Below are positions 1-8,864 of a stretch of 64,000 nt of DNA, piece after piece. Position 1 is the first letter of the stretch. Each line of letters starts with the position of its first letter. Position numbers and translations under genes: made by a program. Below the pieces are notes generated by a model that did no database searches, had not been told where the DNA came from, and saw nothing but the letters and a program-made list of their open reading frames with translations. The stretch spans positions 2,074 through 66,073 of the forward strand of contig DAIRTX010000010.1 in assembly GCA_036803685.1 (NCBI GenBank), read 5' to 3'. Origin of the DNA: Verrucomicrobiota bacterium. Lineage in GTDB: Bacteria > Verrucomicrobiota > Verrucomicrobiia > Limisphaerales > UBA11358.

Positions 1-259
1 TTCAGCAGGAAGCACGCCATGGTTGGTTTTTATTTAACTTAGCCATCCGAACCTTTGAAAGGAGCGTTGGGCGGGTGGAAAATTTGTCTCAGCGTTGGAC
101 TTCTTTGTCCCTAGTCTGTTCACATTCTGGCATTTAGATTTTCTTGCCGCCCGGTCTCAATTGGGAACGCCGATTGCTTCCTCTTAATTAATTTGCGCTG
201 TTGGCATTTTTCGCGCTTGTATTTGCGGAGCGGCAGCGTTAGCGATTAACGCCATCGGA

Positions 260-1330
260 ATGGAAATGCGCCATAAAATTCTCGTTTTGGATGACGATGC
301 AGACTGGCTGAACTTGTGCAACGAAATGTTTGCGCACCTTCCCAGCGAGCCTGAAATCCGCACCGTCGCGTCGGGCGCGCGCGCATTGGCGCTCCTGGAA
401 ACCGAGCCGTTCCGGCTATTGGTCTGCGATTTGAAGATGCCGCGCATGGACGGCCTGCAGGTGCTGTCCATCGTCCGCCGCCGGTTTCCCGAATTGCGCA
501 CGGTTGTTTTGAGCGGGCTGGAAGACGAGGAATTTCGCTCGCGCGCCTACGCCCTGGGGGTGGATTTGTTCTGGCTCAAAACCGACATGCAGGTCAATTC
601 GCAGATGTTTCTGGACTGTATTGAATCGCTTTTGGGACGCGACATGGAAGGCGGCTTTCGCGGCATTCAAAGCAAAAGCCTCATGGACATCATCCAGATG
701 GAATGTCTCTCGCGCACTTCCACCGTGCTGCGCATCACGCGCGGACCGCTCGTGGCAAAACTTTGGATTCAAAACGGCGAATTGATTGACGCTGAAACCG
801 AAGGCGCGCGCGGCGAGGCGGCGTTCCTCAGAATTCTCGCATGGAAGTCCGGCACGTTTGAAAATTTGCCCGCCGAATCCGGGCGCGAACGCACCATCAC
901 CAGACCCGTCAATGCCCTGCTGCTCGAATCCGCGCAGGCGATTGATGAAACCGCTGATTCCGTCGAGCCCGGGTCCATCGAGCAAACTGCTCACCGAAAA
1001 ACCATTTGGAAACTTGCGCTGCTCACGCGCGAAGGCGCGGAATTCGTCATCGTTGTGCCGCCCGAAGGCCAGGGCGAAATCGAAACCATGGGCACGCAAC
1101 CTTCCGAGCCGCTCGCCAAATGGGCGCGCCGGGCCGTCGAAACCGCCAAACGTCTTGGGGAACGGATCGAAGCCGGGCCGCTTTCGCACATCGCCGGCCA
1201 TAATTTGGAACGTCAGATGCTTGTTTTGAACCGGGAAAACGAGTGTTTTCTCGTTGGCTGGCCGCCGGATGTCGCTGCCGGACCATTATTTGAAAAAAGC
1301 AAAAAACTTGTTTCGTCATGGGATTCTTAA
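260..1330 (+). CDS. Response regulator: CheY-like receiver domain fused to a DUF4388/PATAN-like domain and a C-terminal Roadblock-like region
   Basis: 356-aa ORF. The N-terminus 'KILVLDDD...LLVCDLKMPRMDG...VVLSG' looks like a receiver domain. The central 'SLMDIIQMECLSRTSTVLRI...LWIQNGELIDAE...GEAAFLRILAWKSGTF' matches my recollection of DUF4388. The frame has G/C-rich third positions. Confidence 0.8.
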   Translation: MEMRHKILVLDDDADWLNLCNEMFAHLPSEPEIRTVASGARALALLETEPFRLLVCDLKMPRMDGLQVLSIVRRRFPELRTVVLSGLEDEEFRSRAYALGVDLFWLKTDMQVNSQMFLDCIESLLGRDMEGGFRGIQSKSLMDIIQMECLSRTSTVLRITRGPLVAKLWIQNGELIDAETEGARGEAAFLRILAWKSGTFENLPAESGRERTITRPVNALLLESAQAIDETADSVEPGSIEQTAHRKTIWKLALLTREGAEFVIVVPPEGQGEIETMGTQPSEPLAKWARRAVETAKRLGERIEAGPLSHIAGHNLERQMLVLNRENECFLVGWPPDVAAGPLFEKSKKLVSSWDS

Positions 1331-1635
1331 AACGATTTTTCCGTTCTCGTGCGGCAGTCCAGCAACTGCCGGCCGGCAGTGTCGCCGTGGACCGCAATGG
1401 CCACGTCCTCACGTACACCGTCTCGTCCGCCTATCCCAAGGAGTTGCTGCGCGACATCGGGCAGGAAGTGCTGTCCCTCTTCCGCGAGGCGCGCGCGGCG
1501 CAAATGCCGCTGGCCGAAGTCAGCATCCATTTCGCCAGCCTCCACATCACCGGCCGCGAATTGCGCGGCGGCGCCATCATTTTCCTGTTCCCGCACGCCG
1601 CTTTTTCGCCAATAGCAACCCGACCACGCTTATGA
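1318..1635 (+). CDS. Small protein, possibly Roadblock/LC7-like; translationally coupled to both flanking genes
   Basis: 105-aa ORF that overlaps the upstream stop by 13 nt and the downstream start by ATGA. 'VAVDRNGHVLTY...LAEVSIHFASLHITGRELRGGAIIFLFP' resembles the Roadblock/MglB fold pattern; this assignment is tentative. Confidence 0.55.
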   Translation: MGFLKRFFRSRAAVQQLPAGSVAVDRNGHVLTYTVSSAYPKELLRDIGQEVLSLFREARAAQMPLAEVSIHFASLHITGRELRGGAIIFLFPHAAFSPIATRPRL

Positions 1636-2024
1636 CCGCCAAAGAACTCAACCAACTGGTCACTCAGATTGAAACCCACATTGAGTGCTGGAAACAGTTC
1701 AACTATTTCATCAACGTCGCGCGCGGAAAAAAATTCGGGCCGGCGGAAGAAGGTCATTTTCTCGAAATTAAAAGCATCATCGTGCAGGAGATTGAACTGA
1801 TTTACGCCTCCATTGAAGTCGCCTCGCCCACGCGCGACGAAATCCACGCGCTCATCGGCAACGCGCCGTCGTTGCGCTACCTCAGCGAAATGAGCGAAGG
1901 CGCGCTCCGCAGCCTGGAAAGCCAGTGGCACAAAATTTACATCGCCTGGCACTCCATCCTGGGCCAGCTCAAGGTCAAACAGCACGCCGAGGAAGTTAAA
2001 ACCTTCTGGAGATCAAAAAAGTAA
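1632..2024 (+). CDS. Hypothetical helical protein (130 aa)
   Basis: In-frame ATG at 1632 inside track ORF 1254..2024. It forms an ATGA overlap with the stop of the preceding gene. The upstream part of the long ORF overlaps two better genes. No family recognised. Confidence 0.55.
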   Translation: MTAKELNQLVTQIETHIECWKQFNYFINVARGKKFGPAEEGHFLEIKSIIVQEIELIYASIEVASPTRDEIHALIGNAPSLRYLSEMSEGALRSLESQWHKIYIAWHSILGQLKVKQHAEEVKTFWRSKK

Positions 2025-2078
2025 CGTCCGTGACACTTCTTCCTTGCCTGCCGCGCCTGTTTCGCGTCCAAATGATTC

Positions 2079-2870
2079 ATGCCTGACTGGATTGCCGTTG
2101 TCATTTTGGGGATCATCGAGGGAATCACCGAGTTCATTCCCGTTTCGTCCACCGGCCATCTGCTGCTGGCGGAGCACCTCCTGAAAGTCCACAAAAGCGA
2201 CCTCTTCAACATCGTCATCCAATGCGGCGCGGTCATCGCCATCCTGCCGCTGTTTCCCCAACGCCTTTACACATTCGTTTTCGAATGGCGCCAGAAGGAA
2301 ACACAGGATTACCTGCTGAAAATTCTCGCCGCCTTCGTCATCACCGGCGCCGTGGGGTTCGTCCTCGACAAAAAAGGCTTCAAACTCGGGGAAAACCCGG
2401 CACCCATCGCCTGGGCATTGCTCATCGGTGGCGTTGCCTTCATTGTCATCGAATGGTGGCTGCGCGGGAAAAAATTGAGCAATGAAATCACCTGGCCCGT
2501 TGTCTTCGCCGTGGCCGTCGGCCAGTTGATCGCGGCGGTTTTCCCCGGTTCGTCCCGTTCCGGCTCGACGATTTTGCTGGCGCTGTTACTCGGTTTGAAC
2601 CGCCCGGCGGCGACGGAATTTTCCTTTCTCGTCGGCATTCCAACGATGCTCGCGGCGGGCGGCCTGAAAATTTTCAAGGCATTGTATCATCCCGTCGCCA
2701 ATGCGCCGCATGAAAGCTGGGGAATGGTTTTACTGGCGACCGCCATTGCAGCGGTGGTTTCCTTTATTGCTGTGAAATGGCTGCTGCGCTACGTGCAAAC
2801 GCACACGTTCAACGCGTTCGGCTGGTATCGCATCGCGCTGGCGATTGTCATTTTTGTTCTGATGCGATAG
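2079..2870 (+). CDS. uppP: Undecaprenyl-diphosphate phosphatase (BacA/UppP)
   Basis: 263 aa. 'ILGIIEGITEFIPVSSTGHLLL' and 'PGSSRSGSTI' are the two conserved UppP motifs. Polytopic membrane protein. Confidence 0.93.
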   Translation: MPDWIAVVILGIIEGITEFIPVSSTGHLLLAEHLLKVHKSDLFNIVIQCGAVIAILPLFPQRLYTFVFEWRQKETQDYLLKILAAFVITGAVGFVLDKKGFKLGENPAPIAWALLIGGVAFIVIEWWLRGKKLSNEITWPVVFAVAVGQLIAAVFPGSSRSGSTILLALLLGLNRPAATEFSFLVGIPTMLAAGGLKIFKALYHPVANAPHESWGMVLLATAIAAVVSFIAVKWLLRYVQTHTFNAFGWYRIALAIVIFVLMR

Positions 2871-2872
2871 GG

Positions 2873-2955
2873 GCTGGGTTCTGGCGTCTTGGTTTTGGGG
2901 AAGGACTCGAAAACTCCTGTTGCCCCAGACGCCAAATCCCAGATGCCAGACGCGA
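2873..2955. repeat. Imperfect palindromic intergenic element (arms GGGTTCTGGCGTCTTGG / CCCCAGACGCCAAATCCC)
   Basis: Inverted arms seen directly. It fills the convergent spacer between uppP and the LysM gene. Confidence 0.6.
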
Positions 2956-2957
2956 AC

Positions 2958-3530
2958 CTACGGCGCCGGCGCGGGAATAAAAACTTTCTGCCCGACCTTG
3001 AGGTTTTTCGGATCCAATCCCGGATTCGCCTTCAAAATCTGGTCCGACGTCACCTTGATGCCCTGATCGCGATACGCCTTGGCAATGATCAAAAGCGTGT
3101 CGCCCGCCGAGACTTTGTATTCGTAACCGTTTTCCTTGCCGCCTGGGTTTGAACCGCCGGTTGCCGAATTTGTGGTCACTGTCGGGGTTGGCTTGCGTCC
3201 CGAAGACGAACCGGCGACTTTGCCGAGTTTTCCGATTTCCTTCAAAATCAATTCCCGGTCCTCCTGCCGTTTCTTGTCAATTTCCTGGACCTGATCGGCG
3301 AGTTTCTTCAAATCGTCTTGGTTCGCGCCGGGTCCGTTTAACTTGTCCCGCAGTTCGCTGATTTCCTTTTCCAGCGCGGTGGTGTGCTTGGCCTGCACCG
3401 CCTGCGCATCGCGCAGGTCCTGGAACTGGCCGTTGAGTTTGTTGATTTGTTGCTGGGTCGCGTCGTCCTGGGCGCGCGCCGCGGCAACGGAAAAACTCAA
3501 GACTAAAAACCAAACTGGAATCCTTTTCAT
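2958..3530 (-). CDS. Secreted coiled-coil protein with C-terminal LysM domain
   Basis: 190 aa with signal peptide 'MKRIPVWFLVLSFSVAAARA'. C-terminal 'YKVSAGDTLLIIAKAY...ILKANPGLDPKNLKVGQKVFIP' is a LysM motif. Confidence 0.8.
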   Translation of the reverse strand: MKRIPVWFLVLSFSVAAARAQDDATQQQINKLNGQFQDLRDAQAVQAKHTTALEKEISELRDKLNGPGANQDDLKKLADQVQEIDKKRQEDRELILKEIGKLGKVAGSSSGRKPTPTVTTNSATGGSNPGGKENGYEYKVSAGDTLLIIAKAYRDQGIKVTSDQILKANPGLDPKNLKVGQKVFIPAPAP

Positions 3531-3560
3531 GCGCTGACAATAAACCGCCCAGCGCCCGCG

Positions 3561-4907
3561 TCAAGTCGCGTCCAATCGTCCGTATTTCCGGATCTCCGGC
3601 CAGATCCAGGCCACGGCGACAACGGTCAGGATGGTCCCCACGCCGCCGGACACGACGGAAATCACCGCGCCGGTGACAATCATGTTCCCGATGGTCGGTC
3701 CGAAGATTTGCGCGACGGTGCCGGACTCAAAGCCGCCCAGTTCGTTCGACGTGCTGATGAAGAGGTTGTTGACGGCGGAGACGCGCCCGCGCTTGTTGTC
3801 CGGCGAGAGCAACTGCACCAGCGTGTGCCGCACCACGACGCTGATGTTGTCCACCGTGCCGCACATGAACAGCATGAGGAACGAAAACCAATACCACTTC
3901 GAAAACCCGAACGCGATCGTGCCCAGGCCGAAGGCCGCCACGGCCCACAGCATGGAACGCCCGGCCTTTTGCAGCGGCGGGCGGTGGTTCAGGATGAACA
4001 CGCAGAGCACGGAGCCCATGGGCAGCGCCGCCTGCAGGAACCCCAGCCCGCCGGGTCCGACAAACAAAATCTCCTTGGCATAAATCGGCAGCAGCGCCGT
4101 CGCGCCACCCAGAAACACCGCGAACATGTCGAGCGTGATGATGCCCAGGATGATTTTGCTCGCATAAACGAACTTGAATCCCGTCAGCAGGGCCTGGAGG
4201 GTCATGGGTTCCTTGACGGCGACGGTGTGTTGCCGGCGCACCATGCCGATGAGGACGCAAAAAACCAGCGACGCCAGCGCATTGAGCACATAGACCAGCG
4301 CGGCGGGAGAAGTCGTATGCCGGGACATCGCGGCGATGATGGCGCCGGCCGCCGCCGGCCCGACGATGCAGGACAGTTGAAACATGGCGGCGTTCCAGTT
4401 CACCGCCCGCGAGAAATTCTTCCGATTCACCAGCGCCGGCAAAAAGGCGGCGTTGGCCGCCCACGAAAACGTGCGCGCCGTGCCGCCGATGAACAGGCAG
4501 ACGTAAATCCAATAAACCGGCGCCTGGAGCGCCGAAATCACGGCTATCCCGAGACTCGCCGCCGCCATGACCGCGGTCATCAGCACGATAATGCGTTTGC
4601 GGTTGTAGTTGTCCGCGATGTGCCCGGCCGGCAGCGTGAACAAAAACATCGGGACCATCAGCGTCAGCCCTACGAGGCCCAGCGCCAGGGCGGAATAGGG
4701 AGTCTGGCAAGTCCGCTCATAAATTTCCCAGCCGAGGGCCATGGCGAACATCTGCTGGCCGAGCACCGCCACGAAGCGGCCAATAAGATAAAGCGTGAAA
4801 TCCCGGTTCCGGAAAATGGCATACGGATGCTCGTCACCGGTTTTCACCGGTGGCGACGGCAGATCTTCTGGCGATTCGGCTTCGTGCATGGGCGCGATGG
4901 CCTTCAA
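3561..4907 (-). CDS. MFS transporter
   Basis: 448 aa with about 12 predicted hydrophobic segments. 'GHIADNYNRKRII' is MFS motif-A-like. Substrate unknown. Confidence 0.85.
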   Translation of the reverse strand: MKAIAPMHEAESPEDLPSPPVKTGDEHPYAIFRNRDFTLYLIGRFVAVLGQQMFAMALGWEIYERTCQTPYSALALGLVGLTLMVPMFLFTLPAGHIADNYNRKRIIVLMTAVMAAASLGIAVISALQAPVYWIYVCLFIGGTARTFSWAANAAFLPALVNRKNFSRAVNWNAAMFQLSCIVGPAAAGAIIAAMSRHTTSPAALVYVLNALASLVFCVLIGMVRRQHTVAVKEPMTLQALLTGFKFVYASKIILGIITLDMFAVFLGGATALLPIYAKEILFVGPGGLGFLQAALPMGSVLCVFILNHRPPLQKAGRSMLWAVAAFGLGTIAFGFSKWYWFSFLMLFMCGTVDNISVVVRHTLVQLLSPDNKRGRVSAVNNLFISTSNELGGFESGTVAQIFGPTIGNMIVTGAVISVVSGGVGTILTVVAVAWIWPEIRKYGRLDAT

Positions 4908-4983
4908 TTTAGCTTAAAATCTCCGCTGGTCGAGCCGTTTGGAGTTCTACGTTTACGCGGCAAAGAAGACAAGGCTGGTCAGA

Positions 4984-5004
4984 CCGTCCCGCCGGGCGGG
5001 ACGG
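4984..5004. repeat. Perfect 21-nt palindrome CCGTCCCGCC-G-GGCGGGACGG
   Basis: Read directly: a 10-bp stem around one central nucleotide, in the spacer upstream of the MFS gene. Confidence 0.7.
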
Positions 5005-5074
5005 GACACCGGACGGAGAGAACCGGCTCCGCCTTGATTTGCGGTGGCCGCCGGCCGCCGCTACAATCATTCGC

Positions 5075-5242
5075 ATGAACGGGCAAAATGAAAATCCACC
5101 ACGCTACCAATGGCCGTGGTTTGTGCTGGCGGCGTTTTTGCTGGGCGTGGCGCTGGCGATTGTGTGGATGAGCTTTGCCGTCCATCGGGAAAAAGAGGAG
5201 CGCGATCTTAACGCGCCGTTACCGGGCAGCACGACGCGTTAA
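5075..5242 (+). CDS. Possible small single-pass membrane protein (55 aa)
   Basis: ATG at 5075 within track ORF 5039..5242. It has one hydrophobic helix, 'WPWFVLAAFLLGVALAIVWMSFAV'. No homology recognised. Confidence 0.35.
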   Translation: MNGQNENPPRYQWPWFVLAAFLLGVALAIVWMSFAVHREKEERDLNAPLPGSTTR

Positions 5243-5357
5243 GGGCATCGCGGTTGGAGTTCAATCCCGCCCTGCGGGATTGCCGCCGGGAACACGCTGA
5301 CCCAGGCTGCGCCGCAGGCTTCGCCGAGGCGAGAGCGTGAACTCCAACGATGGGCGC
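5243..5357. repeat. Inverted-repeat element (about 20-bp arms GGGCATCGCGGTTGGAGTTCA / TGAACTCCAACGATGGGCGC around a ~75-bp GC-rich core)
   Basis: The arms are reverse complements (about 17/19 matches) by direct reading. The element fills the spacer ahead of the sulfatase stop. Confidence 0.7.
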
Positions 5358-5358
5358 G

Positions 5359-6804
5359 TTAATTGGCTTTCAAAAGACGCTCGAACTTTTTGATTACATC
5401 AGGATTTTTACCTGCGACGTTGTTGGTTTCGCCCGGATCAGTTTTGAGATTGTAAAGTTCCAGTGGCGCATCGGCTTTTGAACGCATAACCTTCCAATCT
5501 CCCATGCGAACGGCCTGGGCCTCATCGCGACTTTGGAGCTTCCAATAAAACGACTCATGCCGGTTGGTTTGGATTTGGTTAAACAGCGCCGGCAAAATGG
5601 AAATGCCGTCAATGTTCGTCGGCGATTGGATCAGGGCTATGTCCGTCGCCGTCGGCAAAAAGTCCCACGCCGCGCAGGAAAAATCGCTGACCTGGCCGGC
5701 GGGAATTTTACCGGGCCAATGCGCAATCATTGGCACTCGCAGGCCGCCGTCGTAAAGGTCGCCGCGGATGCCGCGAAACGGCCCGGCGCTTTGGAAAAAT
5801 TTTGGACCAACGCCGCCATTCGTTTGTGGCCCGGTGTCACTGGTGAAAAAAATCACCGTGTTGTTTGTCAGGCCGAGCTTTTGCAATTGTTCGAGCAGTT
5901 GCCCGATGTAGCCGTCGAGCCGCGCAATCATGGCGGCTTTGTTTTTTTCCGGCTGCGGCCACGATTCGCCGGAGAACGGCGCGTCGGTCGGCACTTGCAT
6001 TCCATTGCCGGTGCGCGCCTTTTCGGCGGTGTTCGCACGCAGTGTCGTATAATTCACCAGCAGGAAAAATGGCCGGTAGCGGTTGACCCGGTCAGGTTGA
6101 TTGTTTTTGACGAAGTTTATCGCTGCTGTCGTGAACAGGTCGGGAAGGTATTGGCCTTTTTTTTCGCCGGTGTTCGGATACAGCATTTCCCTGCCGTGAA
6201 AACCGGTCGTGGGATCATGCCGCCAGATGTAGTCGGCGTAATAATTTTCCGCATCGGCGGAATCGAAGTAACCGGCGAATTCATCAAAACCCTTGTTCCA
6301 TGGCGCGCCACTCGTGCCGTCACCACCCAAATCCCATTCGCCAATCAAGCCCGTATGATAGCCGGATTGCTGGAGCACTTGCGCGACGGTGATGTCGTCC
6401 GCCGTCAGCGGCACGTCCACGTCGGCGCGCTGTTTCAAGTGACCCGAATCCTTGCCCAGCATTAACGCCGCGCGTGACGGTGAACTCACCGCGTCGCCCG
6501 CATAGTAACTCGTGAAGCGAATGCCCCCGGCGGCGAGCCGGTCGAGATTCGGCGTCTGCAATTTTGTCTGGCCGTAACAACTCAAATCGCCGTAGCCGAG
6601 GCCGTCGGCGACAATCAGAACGATGTTCGCCCGGCGTGGCATGGGCGGTGGTGTGGCGTTGGTAAAGACAAGTTCGGCGCGGGCACCGGGCGTAAATTCA
6701 AGCACCGCAACGACCAGCAACGCACGGGTGAATATCCGGCCAAAACGATTGAAGCGAATTGATTTCATTGTGAACTTTGATTCTGGAAAGTCCGGCGCGT
6801 TCAA
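5359..6804 (-). CDS. Sulfatase (arylsulfatase A family), Ser-type active-site motif, secreted
   Basis: 481 aa. 'NIVLIVADGLGYGDLSCYGQ...TPNLDRLAAGGIRFTSYYA' followed by 'SSPSRAALMLG' gives the sulfatase signature with Ser in place of the usual Cys. Signal peptide present. An alternative start is M13 at 6768. Confidence 0.9.
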   Translation of the reverse strand: MNAPDFPESKFTMKSIRFNRFGRIFTRALLVVAVLEFTPGARAELVFTNATPPPMPRRANIVLIVADGLGYGDLSCYGQTKLQTPNLDRLAAGGIRFTSYYAGDAVSSPSRAALMLGKDSGHLKQRADVDVPLTADDITVAQVLQQSGYHTGLIGEWDLGGDGTSGAPWNKGFDEFAGYFDSADAENYYADYIWRHDPTTGFHGREMLYPNTGEKKGQYLPDLFTTAAINFVKNNQPDRVNRYRPFFLLVNYTTLRANTAEKARTGNGMQVPTDAPFSGESWPQPEKNKAAMIARLDGYIGQLLEQLQKLGLTNNTVIFFTSDTGPQTNGGVGPKFFQSAGPFRGIRGDLYDGGLRVPMIAHWPGKIPAGQVSDFSCAAWDFLPTATDIALIQSPTNIDGISILPALFNQIQTNRHESFYWKLQSRDEAQAVRMGDWKVMRSKADAPLELYNLKTDPGETNNVAGKNPDVIKKFERLLKAN

Positions 6805-8861
6805 AGCAATTCTTTTCGGCGGCGATTAAATTTATCTTGCCGGACTGTTGGCGGCGGGGGCAGGGATTGGATCGCGGATTCGACCGTCATTTCCTTCAAA
6901 TCCTGTCGTGGATAATCCAATTGATAGAGGCGCAGCCGCATGGGTGATTGATAGCAACGGGTCGAACCCGATGCGGTGACGGCGGAAATGGTCATGACCG
7001 TCACTTCCAAGCCGGTCAGATCACGCTCTCCGTCAACGGCAGCCAGCGAAACGAACGACCGGTTATTTTCGATCAACGGCGACAACAGGAATCCGCTGCG
7101 GGCCATGCCGGGAACCAGGCGGAAGTCCAGTTGCCGGCCATCGCGCAGGGACACTGCCAGCGTCAACATCGGCGGTTTGTAGAGCGTGGAGACTGCGGAA
7201 CCCAAAACGGATTTGTTAATTTCCAATTCAGCCCAGAGCGGGCCGTTGTTGGTGGCGGGCAGCCTGATGGGTTCGCCGAAATGGACCGGCAGGTCGGCGA
7301 ACGGCTGCAGATGAAATTCCCTGGGTGTGGCCGACCGTTTCAAAAGCATAAATATTCCGGCCGTGTCCTTGACGTCGTATCGGGTCAGCAATTCCGGCCA
7401 CGAAAGGCCATCCTCCAAGGAAGGAAAGTTGTTATTTAGCGGATGGATGTCGAACAATATATTGTCCGGTGCATGAGCGCTCCGCAAATGGGCGGCATTC
7501 AACTCCGCCAACTCCGGTGCGTACACGGAATAGCTCTGGATGACCGGCCGCGGATCATACCGCAAGTCGTGCGCAATCAGCACGGCCTGGTTCCAGGGAT
7601 AGACATCCACCCCCCCCTCAATCGGCGGCAGCGGAAATTTCATTCGAACTTCGGCGAGATTGTTCCCATAGATTTTTCGCAAATGGGCCGGATCGCGAAG
7701 CAATTTTGCCGGGGCCAGAATGTTTTTGATGTTCAGCGTCCAGGCAAAATCCACCCATAGCCGTTCTTCCGGCACGTGGGCTTCCCGGTAGCCACGGTTG
7801 AAGGTGGACGAACAAAATAAACCAATGCCACCCAGTGCGAGAAAGTTGGCCGGCCAAACCCACCACCTGTTTTTTTGCCAGACCGGCCAGGTCACCGCCA
7901 GACAGGCCAGGGTGACGAGCAAAAGCTGCAGCGCGCCGATGATTTCATGGGTTTGATCGTACCGTACACAAACGTGTTTGAAGTTGAGGAACAGGATTGC
8001 TCCAAGCCCAATTACAGGAAAGATCCCGAAAAATCGGCGCCGCACCCATGCCGCATAACCCGTTACTGCGATGAGCGTTGCGGTGGCCGCCAGCAGCCAT
8101 CCCATGTCTTCAATTTCTCCCGCGGTCGTCCACATCATCGCTTCGGTGTAACCGTCCGCCAGCACCCACGAATAGCGGAGATACGGCCAAAGCAGCGACA
8201 GGCTTTGTCCGGCGACAATCCAGAAAAACAGAATGCTGGCGGCAAAGAGAGGCACGATCCAGGGAAACCGCCGTCTTCGAAAAACATTGTCCGCGGCAAT
8301 GACGATAACAACGGCGGTCACGCCGATCATGCCGGTGAACTTGGTCAAAGCCAGCATTCCCGATAAAACGACCAGCAAAACCTGCCGGGCGCTGATGGGG
8401 CGGTCCTCCACAAAGAAATACAGAAACAACAGCAACAGGGTCCAGCCAACCATCCGAACGTCAAAATTCTGTTCGACACGCATTCCCGCTATTCCAGCGA
8501 AACCGATGAACCAAAACCAGGCGAAGAGTTTGTTGGTCGAGAAGTGACAAGCCACCCGCCATCCTGCCCACCAAAATGCAAACGCAAGCAGGGTACACAC
8601 CATCACCGCGATGGGAAACGTTGGCGGGTTGTATCCGCCATACAAAAACCCCCAAGGACCGAAGGTAAAGACCAGGTCCCGGCCAAATTGTAAATGGTGT
8701 TCAAAGGCCGCGTGCAAAGCCAGTCCCCATGAACCGTCGGGATCGTTCGGCGGATCTGACACCCAGGGGAAAAACAGTGAAAACAGATAAATGAACGCAC
8801 TCGAGGGAAGCAGCCATTTCCCGGCTTTTAACCAATTGGGGGAGGAAAAATTCAAAGCCAT
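6801..8861 (-). CDS. Large polytopic membrane protein with C-terminal soluble domain, function unknown (possibly GT-C-like)
   Basis: 686 aa. The first ~340 aa carry many hydrophobic helices and the C-terminal ~330 aa are soluble. There is a 4-nt overlap with the sulfatase start and a 3-nt gap to the AmpG-like gene. No family confidently recognised. Confidence 0.75.
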   Translation of the reverse strand: MALNFSSPNWLKAGKWLLPSSAFIYLFSLFFPWVSDPPNDPDGSWGLALHAAFEHHLQFGRDLVFTFGPWGFLYGGYNPPTFPIAVMVCTLLAFAFWWAGWRVACHFSTNKLFAWFWFIGFAGIAGMRVEQNFDVRMVGWTLLLLFLYFFVEDRPISARQVLLVVLSGMLALTKFTGMIGVTAVVIVIAADNVFRRRRFPWIVPLFAASILFFWIVAGQSLSLLWPYLRYSWVLADGYTEAMMWTTAGEIEDMGWLLAATATLIAVTGYAAWVRRRFFGIFPVIGLGAILFLNFKHVCVRYDQTHEIIGALQLLLVTLACLAVTWPVWQKNRWWVWPANFLALGGIGLFCSSTFNRGYREAHVPEERLWVDFAWTLNIKNILAPAKLLRDPAHLRKIYGNNLAEVRMKFPLPPIEGGVDVYPWNQAVLIAHDLRYDPRPVIQSYSVYAPELAELNAAHLRSAHAPDNILFDIHPLNNNFPSLEDGLSWPELLTRYDVKDTAGIFMLLKRSATPREFHLQPFADLPVHFGEPIRLPATNNGPLWAELEINKSVLGSAVSTLYKPPMLTLAVSLRDGRQLDFRLVPGMARSGFLLSPLIENNRSFVSLAAVDGERDLTGLEVTVMTISAVTASGSTRCYQSPMRLRLYQLDYPRQDLKEMTVESAIQSLPPPPTVRQDKFNRRRKELL

Positions 8862-8864
8862 GGT

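Noticed and set aside
1-20. A possible minus-strand gene start (reverse complement ATGGCGTGCTTCCTGCTGAA) running off the left edge.
   Set aside because: Only about 6 codons are visible, which cannot support a call.
3708-5078. Long antisense or alternative-frame ORFs. Examples are 416..1201(-), 3708..5078(+), 13661..14422(+), 14456..15499(+), 18089..19369(-), 29971..31263(+), 40559..42013(-), 43865..45079(-), 48509..49417(-), 51664..52626(-), 59325..60587(+) and 60776..62059(+).
   Set aside because: They lie opposite or out of frame to genes with clear family signatures. Their translations are Arg/Gly/Ala/His-rich low-complexity sequence, typical of shadow ORFs in high-G+C DNA.
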